64,000 nt of DNA from Eledone cirrhosa (Eukaryota), in NCBI GenBank assembly GCA_964016885.1, contig OZ024743.1, positions 108,996,001-109,060,000 on the forward strand, in the 5' to 3' direction. A program made the translations under genes and the position numbers. Numbering within the stretch: position 1 is the stretch's first letter; each line of letters opens with the position of its first letter. Of this stretch, positions 13,403 to 26,773 are shown piece after piece. The notes below the pieces were generated by a model. It made no database searches. It saw only the letters and a program-made list of their open reading frames with translations, and was not told the origin of the DNA.

Positions 13403-13881
13403 GCTGGTGAATTCGAGAAGGAGAGGGGTGCCCTTCCCGGGTGCCCTAGGAGCGTCGGGTGGCTCAGGACTGGTGGGGTGCTTGAGTCAACCCTGGGTGG
13501 TGATCTCTCTTATTGGGGAACTTTCATTGTTGTATTTGTATTGTTATTTTGTTTTTTTGTTATTTATACTTACTCGATCTCTATGTAAACCCCCACTGTC
13601 CCTGTCTATTGTGTTGTCCCCTATATGTCGGCCCTTGTGGCCAATAAATGAAATCATTATTATTATTATTATTATTGGTCTAAGCGGACGTATTTTGCTC
13701 GCTCACAGTAAGTCGCTTTATTTGCCTGTTTAAATTATTTGTTGTTAAATATTTCTTGTTGTGTAAAGGATATAAGCCCTTAGACTTTGCCCGTGAAGGG
13801 GAAAGTATAATAGTTGGGCCTTTTGGCCCAAATATTTGAACTTTTTTTTACATGTTAACAAATTTACGAAGAACAAAAGAC

Positions 13882-15861
13882 ATGGCTGAGCCACCCCCCC
13901 AGCGATATGTCGGCTGTCGTGCGACAACGACGTAGAAGTTGAGAGGAGCGCTACAGCGAAATTAACACACATTGATAACACAAACACCACCACAAACTAG
14001 GTAAACAAAGACACCAATGAAACCAATAAGAACTCTAATTTTGAAAAAAATGACAGTAACAGCGACAACGAAGTTACAGATAACAAAAAAAAAATAACAA
14101 ATACAACAACAATATCAACACCACTAACATGAAAACAAATAGCGACAACACCAATAGCAACAATACCAACTGCACCGAGAACAACGGCGGCAAAAAAGAC
14201 AACAATGATAACAGCGACAGTACTAACAACAACACCAACAAGAACAACGTCAACAACACCCCCAACGAAAACAAGACCACTTTCGCTGCGGCATCAGCAA
14301 ATAAAGAGGCCATGCTTCAACATGGACCTCTCAAACAAACATTAAAAGTTGGCCCAGGCATGGAAGCTCATCAAGCAAGAGCAAACTTGGGCCAAATTAA
14401 CTGTCCCGGTAGAAGCTATTGAGGCAGTGGAGCGCAAAACAGTGAATTATAGATGCATCTCAGCACAAACCAAAAGGGCAGCGTTAATCCCACAAGAAGA
14501 TATCGAAGTGGCGCTGAGGTGCATCAGAGAAGACACCCAGTACATAGAGAGGGGCAGACAGTACGGCACCATTTCGGTGTTGTTCAAGTCAGAAGCCCTC
14601 GCGATGAAATACGCCATGACTCCTTGCAAAACCAGCAAGGCCATAATGTACCCATCCCACATGGGAAAAAGAACCGCCCGCCTCCGCATTCCCAGAATCC
14701 CACCAAGACTTGACATGTGGTGGCTTCTGGGATGTGTGATTGGGGAGGGGACGTATACAGTCCCTATAGAAGTGACCAGAAGGGCCAGAGTGGACTGGTC
14801 CGGGGTTGACCTGAGATCCTTCTCCAGATCAGGCCCGAGAATGTGAAGACAATGGCAGACCATATCCGACTTCAGAATGGGACTGTCATTCACATTATGA
14901 CCGAAGGCAAAAGACCGCAGTGTTTTGTTTGTGAGGAAAAAACCCATTTGCCAGCCTTCTGCCCTCAATTGCTGAAAGAGGCAAGGGGTCGGAAGGCTCC
15001 ACTGCTGCCGACGCCGGGGCAAGGACCACAACCAACACCTGCACCGGCAAAACCACCAACAACAACATCAATAGAAAAAACACCACCAACATTGACCACC
15101 CAGGGGGGAAACGAGGAAAGCTGTCAAATTCCCCCTCCCCCCCCCAAAAAAATACACACACCAATAAAATCTTAAACATACATACAAACACACTTACAGA
15201 CACAGACCCCTTATCTACCAGTAGTGAAGATGAGGGAAATCCCAAATCCCCCAAAATACAAAAAAGGAAACACAAAAAGAAAAAAAAAACTCAACAAAGC
15301 ACAAAAGCACCCACAATAAAACACGCAGACACCACCCACGCAAACATCTCTCCAATAACACCAACATCAACACCACTATCACCATCACCAGAATCCCCCA
15401 AACGCAAACAACTGAAACAGAGGCAAGAACAAATATACACACAAACATCTGAAACCACAGACATCGCATTCACAACAAACACAGATACAACCGAAACAAC
15501 ACCACCAAAACCATCACCACCACAGCCACGCAAACTAATAAAATCACACCAACAAAAAATACAAAACGTCGTGCTCGTCAGGAGGGCCAACAAGAAACTG
15601 ATGGCCCTCGTAGCATGAAGTGAAAATATACAAAAAGAGGGGGAAATGTTTAAATCGAGCACATTTCGCGTGCCGGAAGATTTGGTACTGGTGCGAATGT
15701 CGCTCGATATATTCAAAGAAATACGAGACAGCTTTCCTCGGGGCGTGGGATCCCCCAACGTAAAACTCACTTCAAGACTTTTAAAGGGGTTCCTAAAAGA
15801 AACCCCACTAACTATGGAGGTCGAACAACCCGACCTTCACAAGAGCCCGGAATGTAAGTAA
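13882..15861 (+). pseudogene. Tx1 copy C ORF1
   Basis: ATGGCTGAGCCA start matches copy B; contains RGRQYGTISVLFKSE and CFVCEEKTHLPAFC; several stops and frameshifts. Confidence 0.85.
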
Positions 15862-15892
15862 ACCTTCCTCTCTCTCTGTTTAACCTGCCAAC

Positions 15893-18662
15893 ATGGCCGT
15901 ATTAAGAGTAGGATGTTTAAATGTTCGAGGCCTGGGATCGTCCTTGAAGCAGGGTCACCTGCTCAACGACCTCAGGTCTATAGAAATGGATGTAATTGCA
16001 GTCAGCGAGACCAGGATTTCCGACACGCGCGCACTAGCCCCCATTTTCGACGACTATCACATCTGTTAGCCAGCCGGGAATGGGAGGCGGGGAGGAAGTG
16101 CTGTTTTGGAAAGGCCTGGATCTCGAGGTAAGGTCGATCTTCCGGGACCCGGACGGGAAGTTGGTGGTCCTGGACGTGAACAGTAATGAAGGTGGTGCCT
16201 TTAGACTGGTGGCCGTCTATGCTCCTACTGGGGCAGGACGGCCGGACTTTTTTAGACGCCTGGAAGCCTTTCTGGGTACGTCTTGCCCTTTACTGTTAGC
16301 GGGGGACTGGAACGGCATCTTGGACGCAAGCTGGGACTGTGTGGGAGTATCCGATAGCAGTGGGGGGTGCAAAAGCCTCAATAATCTGATCTGCCAGTTC
16401 CAACTGTCTGACAGATACCGACTAGATTTCCCTAATGCGCCAGTGTGGACCTGGGCTAACCGCATAGGGTCATCTAGATCGTATATAGACAGGATATTCA
16501 TTAGGAAAATAGACAGAAGTAGTGTAAGCTGTCCACGTTTTGAAACGGTCGCCTATTCAGATCACAAGTTTGTGATCTGTATGGTCGACCTAGATAAGAC
16601 GCGTAGGTTAGGACCTGGTTACTGGAAGCTAAACATGTCATTTCCGGCACGTAAGGCTTACAGGGACCAGGTCAACAATTTAGTTAAGAAAAAGTTGACA
16701 GGGGGAGTCGTCAACAATAGATGGTGGGGGGCTCTCAAAAGAGAGATTAGAGTAATGTCGATAGAGTTTAGCAAAGACGTAGCATTAGCGAAAAATAGAA
16801 AGGAGGGAGAGTTGGTAGATAAGTTAGACGAGGCTATTGGTAGTGGCATTGCAACTGATATGCTAGCGGCGAGAATGGCATTAGACCATTTCTTCAATGC
16901 GAAACACGAAGGTTGCAATGTCAGAGTGTTAACGAAGAGATTGGCGCTTGTCATCGGGGATTTGGTTGGGGAGGCGCAAACTTGCGCAATCCCAACCAGG
17001 TCCATACACGACAACCTCCACCTAATGCGATACATCATAGAGAGGGTAGGGTGTAAACCTGTCTTCGGTGGGGCTCTGATTAATTTAGATCAATCGAAAG
17101 CATTCGACAGGGTCGACCATCGGTACCTGGAGGCTGTCCTCAAGGCGGCTGGTTCGACCCCGTCTTCAGAAGCTGGATCGCTGCAATGCACAGCGGCACC
17201 TGCTCGATGGTCAAAATTAATGGCCACCTCTCGGAACCGTTTCAGGTCTCCCGATCGGTCCATCAAGGGTGCCCTCTCTCCTCACTTCTGTACGTATTGA
17301 CTCTCGAGCCTTTACTGCGGAAGCTGGAACTGTTGCAGGGCATACTGCTCGAACCGGGACGCGGAAAGGTTGTGTCGGCTTATGCGGACGACATCGTGAT
17401 GGTGTCGGACACCTCAAAAATCGAGGTGGTCGGCAACTTATTGGAGGAATATGAAAGGTTCACGGGAGCAAAACTTAACCCGGAGAAGTCAGTAGGCTTG
17501 CAACTAGGCACCTGGAGAGGCAAGTCCATGCCGTCCAACAGCGTCGTTAGGCGCTGGACGGACAGACCGGTAAAGTTACTAGGAGTTTGGTTCGGGCCAG
17601 ACCTCCAGGTGGATAAGAATTGGGACGAGGTAACGGGCAGGGTATTCAGTCTAACCCAGAAATGGGATGAAGCTATCACTTAAAAGTCGGGCGGAGGTGG
17701 CGAACGCGTACATCGCGCCCGTTATCTACTACCGTCTGACTGTCGTCCCTTGCCCCCGTTCGCGCCTCGCCATCTTGGAGCGGCTCCTCTTCAAATTCTT
17801 GTGGAGAGGTCAGGTTCCGCTGCCAGCACCCTCTACGTTGAGGGCTGGGCATGCCGTGGCTAATGATGCGCAGGCACGCGCTGAGGCTGCGGCATCTCCA
17901 GATAGTCTGCGTAAACGGTGAACAGGTGTGGTCGCCGTTTCTCAAACGGGCCTTTCCGCAGCTCGTTTCTTTGACAGAGTTGCAGTCATGGGTCAAGAAG
18001 AGACCGAGACCGGGTGACTGGCATCAGGAATGTTGCCAGGCACTCGCTGCCCTCTACCAGGCGGGCAATGCGGTCAGTAGAACTTCCACTCTCGAGTTCT
18101 ATAGAGGATTAGTGGTGGGTAAGGGCGACGACGCACTCGGAGAGGTTCTGGGAGTCGACTAAGTCGAACTAACCAGTCTGTTCCGGAGGACTTTCGAGCC
18201 GGGGACGATGGATAATTTCCAAAAATCCCTCGCTGGCAGTACTTCCGGCGGGCACTGCCGGTTCGAGATAAACTCTACAGGCACGGTAGTGCTGTCAGAC
18301 GGACCTGACCGAGATACGCGCAGTGCGACGAAACCGTTCTGCACGCACTCGTCCAGCGTCCGTGCATTACTGACTTGTGGAGTTATGTTGAACAGCTGTT
18401 GTCGCGTGTAGAACAAATCCGGCTATCGGCCGAGTCCATAGTGAAGATTGACCCGCCGCCTTCTTTTGGCCAGGAAGGGCAGGCAATTTTCCTCTGTCTG
18501 GTGGCAGTAGCGAAAGAGGTTGTATGGTGGACGAGGTTGAAAGGACTGAAGACAGACACTTTTCTCTTCGGCCAATCCCTCATCAACTTTTTCAAGTTTC
18601 ACTGGACATTTGCTGAAAGGTGTGTGAATGTGGCGAGAATGGCCCTGGTCATGCGGCTGTAG
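15893..18662 (+). pseudogene. Tx1 copy C ORF2 (APE-RT) with ~555-nt in-frame deletion
   Basis: Motifs GDWN, SDH, KAFDRVDH, QGCPLS and YADD. The junction EGCNVR|VLTKRL skips copy B ~11020-11574. Confidence 0.9.
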
Positions 18663-18935
18663 GTAGGTAAATTTGAAGAGGAGAGGGTGCCCTTCCAAGG
18701 TGCTCTCGAAGCGTCGGGTCGTTCAGGACTGGTGGGATACCTGAGCGAACCCTAGCTGGTCATCCCCCCTATTGGGGAATTTTTTTCTTGTTGTAATTTT
18801 ATTGTTACTTTACTGTTACTTTGTTATTGTTACTTTGTTTATTCATATTGTTTACTCGATTTTTCTGTAAAACCCCACTGTCCCAGTCTTTTGTATTGTC
18901 CCCTATATGTCGGCCCTTGTGGCCAATAAATGAAA

Positions 18936-18979
<44 letters not shown>

Positions 18980-19150
18980 TGGCCTCGAACTGTATTCGAA
19001 AGAAATCATCAGAAAATCCTGAAGATATCTTTCGAATTTAATAGTTCCAGGACTGTAGATGTCATTTCTATATTAAACATGATATACATACATATAAACA
19101 CACACACTCACACGCACACGCATACACACACACACCCCACACATACATAC

Positions 19151-19218
<68 letters not shown>

Positions 19219-19486
19219 TTGTGTGTGTGTTTGTGTGTGTGTTTATATATAAGGATTCCCAAACAAGCAAATGCAAGATGGGAAAACAACAAATCTAATG
19301 CTGATAAATATTAGTTTAACGCAAGATACACTAGGAAAACATATTAATGATTCCAACGATTGTCTTTCATCGAAAAATAGTTGAGGAAGTCAGAGGAAGA
19401 AATAGAAGATTAGACGCATTAAAAGAAAGGAAACAAGAATTTTGTTCCAGGAGGAAAACCTTTCTTGTTAGACAACCGTATGGAAT

Positions 19487-19548
<62 letters not shown>

Positions 19549-19699
19549 TATGTGTAATGGGCACATAGCTGTCTGCCATCTGCAGGCGTGAGTACGCATT
19601 CCACCGCGATTTTCCCACTATTTTCGTCTGAAACGGGTTATTATCCAGATATATTTTCTCCCAGATCATTGATTATTGAGACTGCTGGCTCATGGAATC

Positions 19700-19965
19700 A
19701 ACGTTTCATTCCACCGTTTGATGTACACTTAACTAAATTCTGATGGTGATTCATCGTCAAAGAGTACATGGCACAACGGGCAATTTTGAATCCCAGGTGG
19801 TGTCCATATGATGGACTTCCATACAATGTCCCCCACTACACAATTTCAGACTATTGCCTAAGGTCGACTCGACTATAGATAATGACAATTGTTCTAGTTA
19901 TCACACAACAGGATTGAACCTGGTACTTTTTAATTGCGAAGGAAACCTTTTAAGCCTTCGTTTAT
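19700..19965 (-). mobile_element. Decayed tRNA-derived SINE (resembles octopus OK-type)
   Basis: Reverse B-box-like GGATTGAACC plus the ggtcgactcgactatagataatgacaattg block, recognised from memory; heavily diverged. Confidence 0.45.
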
Positions 19966-20106
19966 GCTTAATATAGTATTATTTATTGGTTTCACTCCTA
20001 AAATGCATCCATGCTTGAGTACATCCTACAGAAAAGTTTGAAGATCATAGCAACTAAAAGAACACAAGAAAACAGATACCCACAATATTTCTTTCTACCT
20101 GTCGGT

Positions 20107-20111
<5 letters not shown>

Positions 20112-20195
<84 letters not shown>
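20112..20195. repeat. (CT)n microsatellite
   Basis: Perfect CT tract. Confidence 0.97.
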
Positions 20196-20198
<3 letters not shown>

Positions 20199-20759
20199 CA
20201 CAAGTTTTATATATATATAGATCTGCCTGAGATAATGAATTAATAAATGTATTTAGTTTAACTCTTGATTCTTCCTAATATCTTCCAACGTATGACTAAT
20301 TATGCTTTTATCGTATGATTTAAATTCTGTTAAATATGCAATGTAACCTATCCATGACCATTGTTGCTTGTTTTTAATATTTTTCGATAAAGGATTATCT
20401 ATTTTTAGCCGAATGCTCTGAATTCTTTTAACTAGACCTCCTCTTCTTGACTGAAATAATTGATGGTTCAACAAATTACCAATAAAATGAAAACACTTTC
20501 CCCATCATATTTTACCTATTGTTTCTAGACTTCAAAATCACTACAATGCTAACTTCCATAAATTGCTTATTTTAGCACTTGATTAAGTGTGCCCCCGTAC
20601 ACCTCCTCGAATTTCAGCATCTTTTCTACACGAGTTAGATTTCCATTCTTCAATGGGTTAATATGTCACACTAAACAATTATTGGCTAAACGACACATAA
20701 TTAGCTATCTATTTACCACGTACTATATTTTATAAGATTTCTATAATTACCAAATTCGG

Positions 20760-23010
20760 TGGAGGTTTATACTTATGACCACTCCTCATATCATTTATGA
20801 TACACTGCACACCACATATTGAAAACCATTAAGAACAATGGACATACTAATACAATCTCACTCTTTCACGTGTTCTAACAATGGTAAGTTTCAATCGTTG
20901 AGGACTTTCTTCATAGGAGACATACCAGCATGCTCTAGGATCTCTTCATTCCTTATCTTGTCAGACAGAGGAATACTCATATTTGCTGCAGCTGTCGCAT
21001 CATTTATAGACGTAACATGTCTACTTCAGATTTATAGACTGTCCAGGGTTCAGATCTATACAATAGAGACGAAAGCACTATAACCTTGTATACCTTATAT
21101 TTTACCCGTATAGAAGCATGTGTCTTTGTCCACAGCCTCTCCTGTAACCTGCCAAACACATTGTTAGCCCTGCTCTTTCTGTATGCAATTTCTTAGATCC
21201 AGTCGTGCATTATCTGAGATGCTGCATAAGTATTCGAATGCTTTGCATTTGACAAGTCCTTTGTCTTATAATGAGGTTTCTTCTGATACAAGGGAAAGTC
21301 ATTTTTTTACAGGTTGGTAAAGGCATTCTGTTTTCTGAGGTTAATCTTTAAGTTGAACCCTGATGCAGCTCTGGCAAAGTTAGCTTCTAGTTTCTGCATA
21401 TCTTCAACACTTTGTGTAGACACAAGAAAACCTTTCCATCTCAAAAGATGCAACTTTAACTGCCGCAGTTCTTCACCAGATAAATATGTTTCTTCCTCAA
21501 TGACTCAATTTAAGGTCTTCTGAATTTGCGTTTTACATTAGCTTGCTCCAGTAGTAAAATTGTGTAGTTGGTTCGTTTTCTTTCAGGACATGAACTCTCA
21601 GTTAATGACACCTAACATAGATGGTATGGCTAATGAGCTGGAGTGTACCGTAGGCAGTGTATTACTTTATACATGCATTCATGGTTAATACAATCAAAAC
21701 ATTTTCGAAAGACTATAAAAGGGAATACGGCTTCTTTTGGGTGATTTCTTACTTCTGAGGTCGCAGGGCCATGAACTGTGAAGATATAAGATCGAGATGA
21801 TCTAAATCCATTTTGTTTAGCCGTGCGGTGTTGATAATTCCTGGGCGAAGACTGTTCAAGATAAGGCAGCCACCTGTGACAGACTTATTCCACGATAATT
21901 GTCTGGTTTTCTAATATCCCCTTTCTTGGTGCTAGGTACTATCGCGGAAATACCATATTCTTCCGGTCGTTTCCCAGAAAAGTTATCTACAGAAGTATTG
22001 GTATTGAAATTGTATAAACATTCGATTGTGAATTCGTCGTTTATGCTCCTATTGTTATTCAGCAGTGGTTCGGAATTCTTTTTCCAAGCATTGAGAAATT
22101 TCTCACTCTCGTTAAATTTGACACTCAAGTACTTTTTGATTGATAATTTCTTTATCATGCACTCTGGTTATCAGTAGACTTTGGATTTCCGAAGGAGTTG
22201 CAGAGGATATCAATTCGTTTGTAAAGTTAGATTACAAGACACTGGAGCGAGCCGCATTTACTGCAAGTGGTTCTGAAGTAAAAACGTTTGATTTTCGTCG
22301 GAAGGATGTTCATTCCTCTATCAATGCAGATTTCAATGAAAATCTTATCAGATTTGTCAGATGAAATTCTCCATGCTTCTACTAATTCGATTTCAATTTA
22401 TACAGCTACATTAGGGTTAGAGAAAGCATTCCATTTGAGAGAACTTACTGGAATTGTCCGTGGTGCACGAAGGCTGAGTCTGCATTTATTGACAGCTATA
22501 GAGTGATCCGAGTCAATTGGGTCTGAGGATGTACCTGCTTGGAAATCATGGATGCTTGTAGTCCCATTTCTTTCTATAGAGAATATAAACAATTTGATAA
22601 AGATCAAGAATAGTCCATAGAGTATTTGGACGTACTTGAAAACTAGTATTCAAAGCAATTAGATTATGTTCTTTAAGGAAATGCTGCAGGTAAGTTCTAC
22701 TTCTGGTACTAGCTTCTGGTAGTGGCCATTGAAAACATGAACATTGACATTTCCGTAAAACAGCAGGAAGTTATGTCCAGGAACTGTTGACATAATTCAT
22801 CATGAAATTGCAGTATTTCATCATCACTGTACTCACTATTAGGTGAGTAACATGTTATAATAGTGGATTAGGGATTCCTTTAAACGTTGCAGGCATTATG
22901 CGGTCATGTATCTTTTGAAACGGTATCAAGAGTTTGATACTGTTTCAAAAGTTTTTCTAACAATCCCAATATACCGACCGTTTTCCAAACAGAGATTGTG
23001 AAATGGCTTT
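20760..23010 (-). mobile_element. Highly decayed RTE-clade LINE (APE + RT fragments)
   Basis: Minus-strand fragments CYSPNSEYSDDEILQFH, SDH, KKGDIRKPDNYRGISLS, VEDMQKLEANFARAASGFNLKINLRK and FGRLQERLW. Boundaries approximate. Confidence 0.75.
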
Positions 23011-24209
23011 TGGAGCCAAGATTGTGTGCTATTATATCAGGATTATTTTCTTTGTGGAAATATCTGTGTTCTTGAATAACAAGTACAGATATACTACAAT
23101 CATCAATGAGTTTATCGAACCCCTTGAGTGATGACCATGTATTGAGTGTACGGCCGTTAATATGTGAGAAAAGTACATAACTTGATTTTTTGGGCCGTCA
23201 CATTCTGTGTTCAAACGTTAACCTCCTAGGTGGGGGGGGGGGGGGGTGTTAATTTAGCACCATGATATGACTCCGCATTGGAATGAATAACATTTGTTGT
23301 TTGAGAAGAAATGTTAGCAATGGCTTGAACCCTGGTGCGAAAATCGATTCTGTCATGATTTCTAATGGCTAGGCAAAATAATGCAACAATTTGTAGCCAC
23401 AACAATTCTTGCCTTGCCCGTTCTTTGCTATCTTGAGTGGATGCACCTTCAATAATCTATGATGTACACAAAGCCAGAATAACGATTTGTCGGCACCCGT
23501 CAATGTGATTACGACTACTCACAAAAATAGAGTGTGTTTTTTAAATTACTATTAGCCTGGCTTCTCCTCTTTGACATTTCTGGCTTTGGAGAACATACTC
23601 AGAGTTAAACTACCGCTAATATAGGTCTCGAGATCGCAGAAGCACGCACGCTCCTCTATTAGCGACACAAAGAAAAATGTCTTAAACAGTTTTTACAGTT
23701 ATAAAAGTTATACGGTTGTAAAATGTATAATAAAAACTTTTAATAACATTTTATAATAAAAAAAAGTGTTTAAAGTTATAATGAAAAGGTCACGCACTTG
23801 CACACTCTCACAGAGTCACACGCAAATACATATAGGGTGGGCGTCGACACACCTGAGTTTCTTTCTCTCTTTCAGGGTTTGTTTTTCATTCCCTAGGTTG
23901 CCTCACATCACCATCCTTCCCAAGCGAGCTTAGCGTGATCTCCTGTTTAGTCACCGATGACCCGAACATGTATAATGTTGGACTGGGTTACATGTTACTT
24001 TTGACGCTCAAGTGTGACCTGACTTTGTTTTCCTCATGTTAACATCCTTATATAGCCATATCTAGATGTTCCTGCAGTTCCTGTTTCACTTTCATGTCTC
24101 TCAGTTTCAGAATATTTAGCCTAATTTTTGGCCAGCCTTTCGTCTTCATTCCTCGTTACCTAGCGGTTATGTGTGTGTCTGTGCGTGTATGGGCGTGTGT
24201 GTGTGTGTA

Positions 24210-24240
<31 letters not shown>

Positions 24241-24354
24241 ATGTGTGTGCGTGTGAGTGTGTGTTTGTATTGTATTAAGAATTTACGTCGAAAAGGTAAA
24301 GGAAAGGAAAGTGCTCTATGTATACTAGAGAGCTATTTAATATTGTGATAGACA

Positions 24355-24510
24355 ACACAATATAATTATTCCATTACCCAAGGTTTCGCGAAGTTATACG
24401 CTTGTAACAGAAACGTCTGTAACCGTTCATCTGATGAACGAAACCAAACGTTTCAGTTAGAATCGTCTAAGTTCGCGAAACCTTGGGTAATGAAATAATT
24501 ATATTGTGTT
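24355..24510. repeat. Fold-back (inverted repeat) centred on an HHR-like CTGATGA
   Basis: Arms acacaatataattatt..cccaaggtttcgcgaa and ttcgcgaaaccttgggtaatg..ataattatattgtgt; homologous to 34549-34625. Confidence 0.7.
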
Positions 24511-24511
24511 G

Positions 24512-24557
<46 letters not shown>

Positions 24558-24558
24558 A

Positions 24559-24599
<41 letters not shown>

Positions 24600-24639
24600 G
24601 TATGTATGGGTGTGTGCGTGTATGTGTGTGTATATGTGA

Positions 24640-24935
24640 TGATCAAAGCCTCATAAAGTTATCTTTGCCGAAGCAACAAACTACTCGAAAGTCACTCGAG
24701 CTTCTTGATATATGAGCCAAATCACGTCAAAGAACGTGTGAAATATTGGACACATTTAAAGAATGTAGACATTGATCGACTATGAGAGAGAAAGAGCTGG
24801 ATGGACATGTCTTTGATCACTGGGATTATAAACCAAGAATGATTCCTATTAAACGACAACACCATTTGAATGAGGGGTGTAAGATGGGATGTACGAGGTA
24901 ACGATATCTGCTAGAGATACCAGCAAAATGTACTA
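24640..24935 (-). repeat. Dispersed repeat fragment carrying the GCTGCTATTTCTAGC-type motif
   Basis: Reverse complement resembles 50170-50390 (gatcaaag.cat.tcca; gctggtatctctagcag). Confidence 0.35.
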
Positions 24936-25303
24936 ATCACATAAAAATGTGTTAACAAAAGACACAAACTAAAGATGCAAAGATAGAGAAACATACAATG
25001 TTGACTTACTTGGAATGACATTAATCATGGGTCACTGTTCGCAGGAATGACCTAAACGTTATCAACTAAAAACAACAAAGATAAACTCATAAATAAAAAC
25101 AACAGAAATAGTCACGATCATTCTCACTGATCAATAGCCGAATACATCTGTCTTCTTTATAATTCACTGAAGAGCAAATAACATACATTAAATATGACAA
25201 CCAGATTATTTTACACACAAACAAAACACACGTAGACACATATGCCAACATACAAGTACACGCATATATACGTATACTCATATGAGGATATACACATAGA
25301 CAC

Positions 25304-25418
<115 letters not shown>

Positions 25419-25501
25419 GTATATATACACACAGACACACGGATGTATATATATATATATATATATCTGTGTGAAGTTGTATGTGCATTGATGTATGTGT
25501 G

Positions 25502-25537
<36 letters not shown>

Positions 25538-25594
25538 TGTATATATACACACAGACACACACAGCTATATATATATATATATACATACATCTGT

Positions 25595-25626
<32 letters not shown>

Positions 25627-26099
25627 GCATACACACATACATCAATGCACATACAACTTCACACACACATAACACATGGCGATTGTGTAAAATCAACAGG
25701 TATAAAACATCAATCATGAACAGGTTTGTCACAATGGCATTTATGTTCTGTTGCACAAAAGAGGCGCTGAACCGTATCGTCCATGATTTACACAGTCTCT
25801 AGTTTACAATAGCCAACAATATTAGTTTATGTATGTATGTATGAATGAATGTATGTATGTCCGAATGTTTGTATGTATGTATGAATATGTGTATGTATGG
25901 TTCTACGTACGTCTCTATGTATATATGTATGTATGTAAGTGAGTATATATGTATGTATATATGCATGTATGTATGTATTTATGATGTATGTGCGTATGTA
26001 TGTTTGTAGGCATGTTTGTATTTGCGTATGGTCATGTATGTAAACATATTTGTATGAATGTGTACATGTATGTTTCCGTGGCGGTATTTAAATATATAT

Positions 26100-26148
<49 letters not shown>

Positions 26149-26204
26149 GGGTGAAAGCAGCGATTCTTTGCTTAAACTTGAATCTGTTATTTTAATATAT
26201 ACAT

Positions 26205-26242
<38 letters not shown>

Positions 26243-26773
26243 GGAGAAATAAGAATGAATGATAGAGAGAGATGTAAAATCCTACTCACGTCAACAAGTG
26301 TGGCTTCGGATTTTGTCTATACACGAAACCGTTTCGCGCTGCGGTTAGAATTTTACTTTTCTCTTCACATACTTTGCATTTCCTCATGCATTAAGTACTC
26401 ACCTGATTAATGACCCCCCCCCCATTCATGATCAAAGCACGGCAGTGTCTCCCTCTCTCTCTATATATATCAAAGTCAACAGAAGGCCGGATTTCAAGAA
26501 TTCGTTTAATGAGGCAAAATAACAATACGTATTTCTATGGCCACTTTACGCCATGAAATCATGAAGTAACAATTTGGTAACGTCATTAGCTGCAAAATGT
26601 AAGGATTATCTTGTCAATTATAGGATTACGGCAAACATAAACACAGAATAGTTGAGTTAACGGAAGTCTATTCAGTGATATTGCGACGAACCTCATCATA
26701 TGTGTATATATATATATATATGAGCTGGCTAGACGGAATATTACCGAATGGAATTCCGTCTCTTTTATATATA

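Larger units (their letters stand above)
7819..13655 (+). mobile_element. Tx1-clade non-LTR retrotransposon, copy B (full-length, nearly intact)
   Basis: Lies between (ATT)8 at 7795-7818 and (ATT)7 at 13656-13676. Has two long ORFs and ends AATAAATGAAATC. Confidence 0.95.
13677..18937 (+). mobile_element. Tx1-clade non-LTR retrotransposon, copy C (full 5' end, internal deletions)
   Basis: Close relative of copy B, followed by (ATT)11 at 18938-18970. Confidence 0.93.

Noticed and set aside
4240-18698. Numerous antisense and alternative-frame ORFs over the Tx1 copies
   Set aside because: Shadows of GC-richer ORF1/ORF2 coding sequence, with no motifs of their own.
26515-26600. Minus-strand CTAATGA...GAAATACGTATT HHR-like motif
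   Set aside because: Core G5 is mutated and stems I and II are unconvincing.
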